A DNA stretch of 64,000 nt, from NCBI GenBank assembly GCA_037925075.1, contig JAXSNR010000002.1:256001-320000 (forward strand), read 5' to 3'. Positions 59,785 through 64,000 of this stretch are shown here, piece after piece (the stretch's first letter is position 1; the number at the start of each line of letters is the position of its first letter). The notes beneath the pieces were generated by a model that made no database searches, was not told the origin of the DNA, and worked only from the letters and a program-made list of their open reading frames with translations. The translations under genes and the position numbers were made by a program. Origin of the DNA: Aquificaceae bacterium (lineage in GTDB: Bacteria; Aquificota; Aquificia; Aquificales; Aquificaceae).

Positions 59785-61434
59785 ATGGCAGTAGCACATG
59801 TACCACCAGCAGGAACGTGGTACGGTGCCACTCTAAAGGAGTGGGTCTTTACCACCGACCACAAAAAAATAGGTATGCTCTATTTTATCACCTCCCTTGT
59901 CTTCTTTATAGTGGCAGGCCTCTTCGGCCTCATTATCAGGTTTGAGCAGACAGCCCCTGGTATCCAGCTACCGGGTATGTTTGGTCAGGAAGGCACAGAC
60001 CTTTATAACTACATCCTTACTGGTCATGGCGCGGTAATGCTTCTTTGGTGGGCTGTCAACGTCTGGATGGGTGGATTTGCCAACTTCTTGGTTCCACTTA
60101 TGATAGGTGCAAGGGATGTGGCTTTTCCAAGGTTAAACGCCTTTAGTTATTGGTCCTTCTTTGGTGCAAGCCTTTTGGTTCTACTCACTCTAATACCGGG
60201 CAACTGGATAAAGATGCTTTGGACAGGTTATGCACCGTATTCCATGAACGACAACGCAGGACCTACATCCCTTTATGTGCTTATAGTTCTTCTTTACAGC
60301 ATATCTTCCACTGGTGGTTCCGTCAACATGATAACCACCATAGTTAGCATGAGGGCAAAGGGTATTGGATGGACAAAGCTCAACCTCTTTGTTCACGCCA
60401 TAATGGCTGCGAGCCTTATACAGCTCTTTGGTGTTCCCTCTCTTATGGGTAGTGTTATACTTCTTTTCACAGACAAGTACCTTGGTACAAACTTCTACAA
60501 TCCACTTCTTGGTGGAGACCCACTGCTCTATCAACACCTCCTTTGGTTCTACTCTCACCCCGTTGTTTATGTGATGATACTTCCCGCCTTTGGAGTGTTT
60601 TCTGAAGTGATATCCACCATGTCCAGAAAGCCCATCTTTGGTTATATATCTATGGCTTTAGCCATATACGCCATAGCCTTTGTAGGCTTTGAAACATGGG
60701 TTCACCATATGTTTGTTTCTGGTGTGCCAGACTGGTTGAGGGTTCTTTTCTCCTACACCACGCTATTTGTGGGTGTACCAACAGGTATAAAGATATTCAA
60801 CTGGGTTGCCACGCTTCATAGGGCTGCAATCAGATACAATACTCCAATGCTCTATACCTTTGGTGGCATCCTTATGTTCCTAATAGGTGGTCTTACGGGT
60901 ATTCCCAACGCCATGGTTTCTATAGACCTTGGCATATCCGATTCCCTCTTTATAGTTGGGCACTTCCACTATGTGCTTGGTATGGCTCTTACCTTTGGAG
61001 CCTTTAGTGGTATCTACTATTGGTTCCCCAAAGTTACAGGAAGGATGTATTCAGAGGGACTTGGAAAGCTCAGCTTTTGGCTTATGCTCATAGGTGCAAA
61101 CATCATGTTCTTCTTCCAGATGTACATAGGAATGGCTAATGGTATGCCCAGAAGATACCCTGATTATCCACCTATACCAGAATGGGTGCAGCTTATGCAA
61201 ATCCAAACCGTTGGTGCTCTCATAATGACAGTTGCAATACTCCTATCCCTTATAAACTGGATAAAGAGCCTGAAGGGTCCAAAGGCAGAGGACAATCCTT
61301 GGGGTTCTCCTTCTCTTGAGTGGAGCATGACAACCACGCCAGTAGGACCCAACAACTTTAAGAGATACCCCGTAGAAGTTCCAGAAGACTGGCATCCCTA
61401 TGCCTACTTTAAGGGATACCACGCACACGTTTAA
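59785..61434 (+). CDS. coxA: Cytochrome c oxidase subunit I, A2 type
   Basis: TTDHKKIG, GHG, GARDVAFPRLN, WFYSHPVVY, WVHHMF, PTGIKIFNW, HFHYV. Confidence 0.97.
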   Translation: MAVAHVPPAGTWYGATLKEWVFTTDHKKIGMLYFITSLVFFIVAGLFGLIIRFEQTAPGIQLPGMFGQEGTDLYNYILTGHGAVMLLWWAVNVWMGGFANFLVPLMIGARDVAFPRLNAFSYWSFFGASLLVLLTLIPGNWIKMLWTGYAPYSMNDNAGPTSLYVLIVLLYSISSTGGSVNMITTIVSMRAKGIGWTKLNLFVHAIMAASLIQLFGVPSLMGSVILLFTDKYLGTNFYNPLLGGDPLLYQHLLWFYSHPVVYVMILPAFGVFSEVISTMSRKPIFGYISMALAIYAIAFVGFETWVHHMFVSGVPDWLRVLFSYTTLFVGVPTGIKIFNWVATLHRAAIRYNTPMLYTFGGILMFLIGGLTGIPNAMVSIDLGISDSLFIVGHFHYVLGMALTFGAFSGIYYWFPKVTGRMYSEGLGKLSFWLMLIGANIMFFFQMYIGMANGMPRRYPDYPPIPEWVQLMQIQTVGALIMTVAILLSLINWIKSLKGPKAEDNPWGSPSLEWSMTTTPVGPNNFKRYPVEVPEDWHPYAYFKGYHAHV

Positions 61435-61458
61435 TGTTGGTGGTGCACCTCTTATCTT

Positions 61459-61482
61459 GTCCCCCTCTTGGGGGGCTTTTTT
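61459..61482 (+). terminator. Candidate intrinsic terminator after coxA
   Basis: CCCCC-TCTT-GGGGG hairpin followed by a T-tract. Confidence 0.6.
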
Positions 61483-61503
61483 ATTTATTTGGAGGTATAT
61501 TAT

Positions 61504-61686
61504 ATGACCCAGGAGCAGAAAAAGAAGCTGACTGGTATCATAGTTGGCCTTGTAGTCCTTGGGGGCTTCCTCACAGGACTTTTGGGCATGATCTTTTCTG
61601 AGAAGAACAGGGAGTATTTTATAAATAGGCTGAAGAACATAAAGAATGTGCCCTACATAAGGCAAGATAAGGACCCAACAAAATGA
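61504..61686 (+). CDS. Small single-TM hypothetical protein
   Basis: GGAGG SD before ATG 61504; one hydrophobic helix; stop overlaps the next ATG. Confidence 0.55.
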   Translation: MTQEQKKKLTGIIVGLVVLGGFLTGLLGMIFSEKNREYFINRLKNIKNVPYIRQDKDPTK

Positions 61687-62252
61687 GCTTTGATGCGGTC
61701 ACACTTGGCCACATCCTTATAGTGGTTGCGAGGCTTTTGGAGATGTTCAGTTTTGGTATGGTTTTGCTTTTTGTATTTAAAGGCGTTGCTCTCAAACATA
61801 TATTCCTTACCGCAGGGATAACGGTAGGTGGCATACTTGTTTCCATATTCGGCTATTTGGGAAATTTACTTTCTCCTGCTACCTCCTTTGCGGTGGATGC
61901 CTTTGTTTTTTCTGTGGTTATTGCCATAGCCTTCTACGCCTTTATGGAAAAGAGAGAACTTAGAATAAAACCTCCACCTATACCTCCAAAGGGAACAAGA
62001 TGTCCAGTATGTGGTGGTTTTGTAAAGGTTGAGGATGATTATGCGGTAGTAAGGGAAGGCAAAGACCTACTTTATTTTGACTCCTTGGACCACCTCAAAA
62101 GCTTCCTTGAGAACTTCCAAGAGTACAAGAAACTCAGAAGGCTTAACTTCAGAAGGGTGGAGGACATTTACATAAAGGGCGATGCGGGTTGGAAAAGGGT
62201 TGGTGAGTTAGAAGATAAAAAATTAGGGCGATTCCTCAAAACATTCCAATAA
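61683..62252 (+). CDS. Membrane protein with a C-terminal YHS/TRASH-like domain
   Basis: 3 TM helices, then CPVCG..V......GK..YF.S...L..F. Confidence 0.65.
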   Translation: MSFDAVTLGHILIVVARLLEMFSFGMVLLFVFKGVALKHIFLTAGITVGGILVSIFGYLGNLLSPATSFAVDAFVFSVVIAIAFYAFMEKRELRIKPPPIPPKGTRCPVCGGFVKVEDDYAVVREGKDLLYFDSLDHLKSFLENFQEYKKLRRLNFRRVEDIYIKGDAGWKRVGELEDKKLGRFLKTFQ

Positions 62253-62259
62253 TACTCTT

Positions 62260-62997
62260 TTGATGTTGATATTATCTAATGCCTTCGCTGATGTTTTTAT
62301 GGAACAGAGGATTTTTTATCGCGAATTTCCCGAGGTCTTCATTACCTCATCAAATGGGAGGGAATACAACCTGAAGGAGCTTTCCTATCAGAAACCTTTA
62401 ATTCTCACAATCATTTTTACAAGATGTGGTAGTATTTGCCCTGCTTTAATTTTATCACTTAAAAATGCTCTGGAAAATTCCAAGGAGAAAGGGAAATATA
62501 TTACTTTTATTTTGAGTTTTGCTCCAGATGATAAGCTGGAGGATATAAAAGATTACAAAAATTCTCTTGGATTTTCGGATAAGGAAGATATTATTTTTGG
62601 AATTATTAATTCATCCGGTAAAGATTTTTTTCTCAAAACCATTGGGTTCGATTACAAAAAAATCGAAGGTACAACTCAATATGATCATCCTGCGATTATT
62701 TACGCACTTTATAAGGGAAGGATTATGAGGATTCTTTATGGTTCAAATTTTGGAAGCAAGGAATTAGATATGATGGTAAGAAATGCGCTTGGTGAATGGG
62801 AAATATCTTACACTTTGCCTGATCCTAAAATTCCATATAGATGTTATGGTTATAACTTTTCTACTGGTAATTTTGAAATTGATATTGGATTTTGGCTGAT
62901 GTATCTTCCGTGGTTTTTTGGTTTTTTTCTTACATTAGTGTTTACAATTCACAGATCACTAATAAAAAGGAGAACAAGGTATGTATGTGGCTCCTGA
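62260..62997 (+). CDS. Second SCO-family protein (AT-rich; N-terminal signal apparently short)
   Basis: FTRCGSICP (CxxxC), YDHP, LYG, C-terminal CY.Y + TM. Confidence 0.75.
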   Translation: MMLILSNAFADVFMEQRIFYREFPEVFITSSNGREYNLKELSYQKPLILTIIFTRCGSICPALILSLKNALENSKEKGKYITFILSFAPDDKLEDIKDYKNSLGFSDKEDIIFGIINSSGKDFFLKTIGFDYKKIEGTTQYDHPAIIYALYKGRIMRILYGSNFGSKELDMMVRNALGEWEISYTLPDPKIPYRCYGYNFSTGNFEIDIGFWLMYLPWFFGFFLTLVFTIHRSLIKRRTRYVCGS

Positions 62998-63751
62998 AGA
63001 AGCTGTAAAATCAATGTTATCAGCGGTGGAAAAGAAAGCATCTTTATCTGTTGGAAAAATGCTTATAAGAGGTTTTCTTTCAGGAGCAATTCTTGGGTAT
63101 GCAACTTCTTTGTCTTTTGTCCCTCAATCTCAGGGATTACCACCATTTATAGGTGCTGTTATATTCCCAGTTGGGTTTGTTATCCTTGTTCTTATGGGAC
63201 TTGAGCTTGTAACAGGTAATTTTGCTTTATTTCCAATGGGGTTGATGGCGGGGAATGTCAGCTGGTCAAAAACTCTTCGCAATTGGTTTTGGGTTTATAT
63301 TGGAAACTTACTTGGTGGTGTGGCATATGCTTTCCTCTATACCATTTCTGTTGCTAATTATGATCCTAAGATAATTGAAATACTAAATTCCATAGCATTT
63401 TCCAAAATTGCTTCCTATCAGCAAGCTGGTGGGTTTGGCATCATACTTGCAATGTTAAAGGGTATTTTGTGCAACTGGATGGTTACAGCTGCAACTGCAA
63501 TGGCTTTCTTTTCAACAACCACCATTGGGAAGGCATTTACAATGTGGTTTCCGATAATGGCATTCTTTGCTTTGAAGTATGAACATAGTGTCGTTAATAT
63601 GTTTGTTCTTCCTGCTGCTATAATGGTAGGGTCTCCTAATGCAACTGTGGAAAGCTGGTGGATATGGAATCAAATACCTGTAACAATAGGAAACATCCTG
63701 GGCGCGGTTATGTTTACATCTTTACCGCTTATGACTCATTATAAAAAGTAG
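62981..63751 (+). CDS. Formate/nitrite transporter (FNT) family channel
   Basis: FPVGF..LV..GLELVTGN, W..VYIGNL.GG, GILCNW.V, EHSVVNM, PVTIGNILG. Confidence 0.92.
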   Translation: MYVAPEEAVKSMLSAVEKKASLSVGKMLIRGFLSGAILGYATSLSFVPQSQGLPPFIGAVIFPVGFVILVLMGLELVTGNFALFPMGLMAGNVSWSKTLRNWFWVYIGNLLGGVAYAFLYTISVANYDPKIIEILNSIAFSKIASYQQAGGFGIILAMLKGILCNWMVTAATAMAFFSTTTIGKAFTMWFPIMAFFALKYEHSVVNMFVLPAAIMVGSPNATVESWWIWNQIPVTIGNILGAVMFTSLPLMTHYKK

Positions 63752-63786
63752 AAAAAATCTAAATGACAGGAAAAGTAAGAACAATT

Positions 63787-64000
63787 GCTCTGTCGCAAAC
63801 ATCATAAATTTTAAGGATAAAAGATGAAAATTCTAAAAACAATAAAAAATTCTCCTCCTTTTCCTTCTCTTACTAAAATGTGTAAGTTATATACAACTAC
63901 TAATAACAAAGCTATCTTATCTTTTGTTTCATCTCTCCTCTCTCAAACTATCTGTAAATGGTGATTCCTCAAAATATCCCACTAATTTTAAATTTATTAT
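63787..64000 (-). mobile_element. Possible degenerate IS end (terminal-repeat-like sequence plus broken transposase-like C-terminus)
   Basis: GCTCTGTCGCAAA at 63787-63799 resembles IS5/IS903-type termini; interrupted minus-strand frame ...KIALLLVVVYNL... runs toward it. Confidence 0.25.

Overview
Core-genome window of a thermophilic Aquificaceae-like bacterium (Hydrogenobacter/Thermocrinis/Aquifex type). The assignment is inferred from the protein sequences, the ATA/AGG-rich codon usage and the extreme gene packing. 1-10.5 kb is the spc/secY/alpha ribosomal cluster on the minus strand, detached from the S10 block. 10.6-57 kb is densely packed housekeeping genes (nuoEF, mqnD, lpxD, skp, clpXP, tig, galE, rseP, transaldolase, lptB, dnaB, murJ, miaA, efp, accB, trpA, ftsY, lon, trxAB, bioD, a class B PBP, carA, cstA) plus five tRNA genes. 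57.4-62.2 kb is an A2-type cytochrome c oxidase operon, followed by an AT-rich tail with a second SCO, an FNT channel and a possible IS end. I see no CRISPR array, prophage or intact mobile element. The most notable signals are: (i) pervasive -10 boxes 6-9 nt upstream of SD-less start codons, including four 16-23 bp intergenic spacers that look like bidirectional promoters serving leaderless mRNAs; (ii) a P460-fold cytochrome lacking the cross-link Lys, flanked by a Crp/Fnr regulator and a Tat-type transglutaminase gene frameshifted at an A7 run; (iii) a family-4 UDG missing two Fe-S cysteines; (iv) a divergent QueC-like enzyme coupled to a pteridine-reductase-like SDR. No clearly new multi-gene system can be proven from sequence alone.
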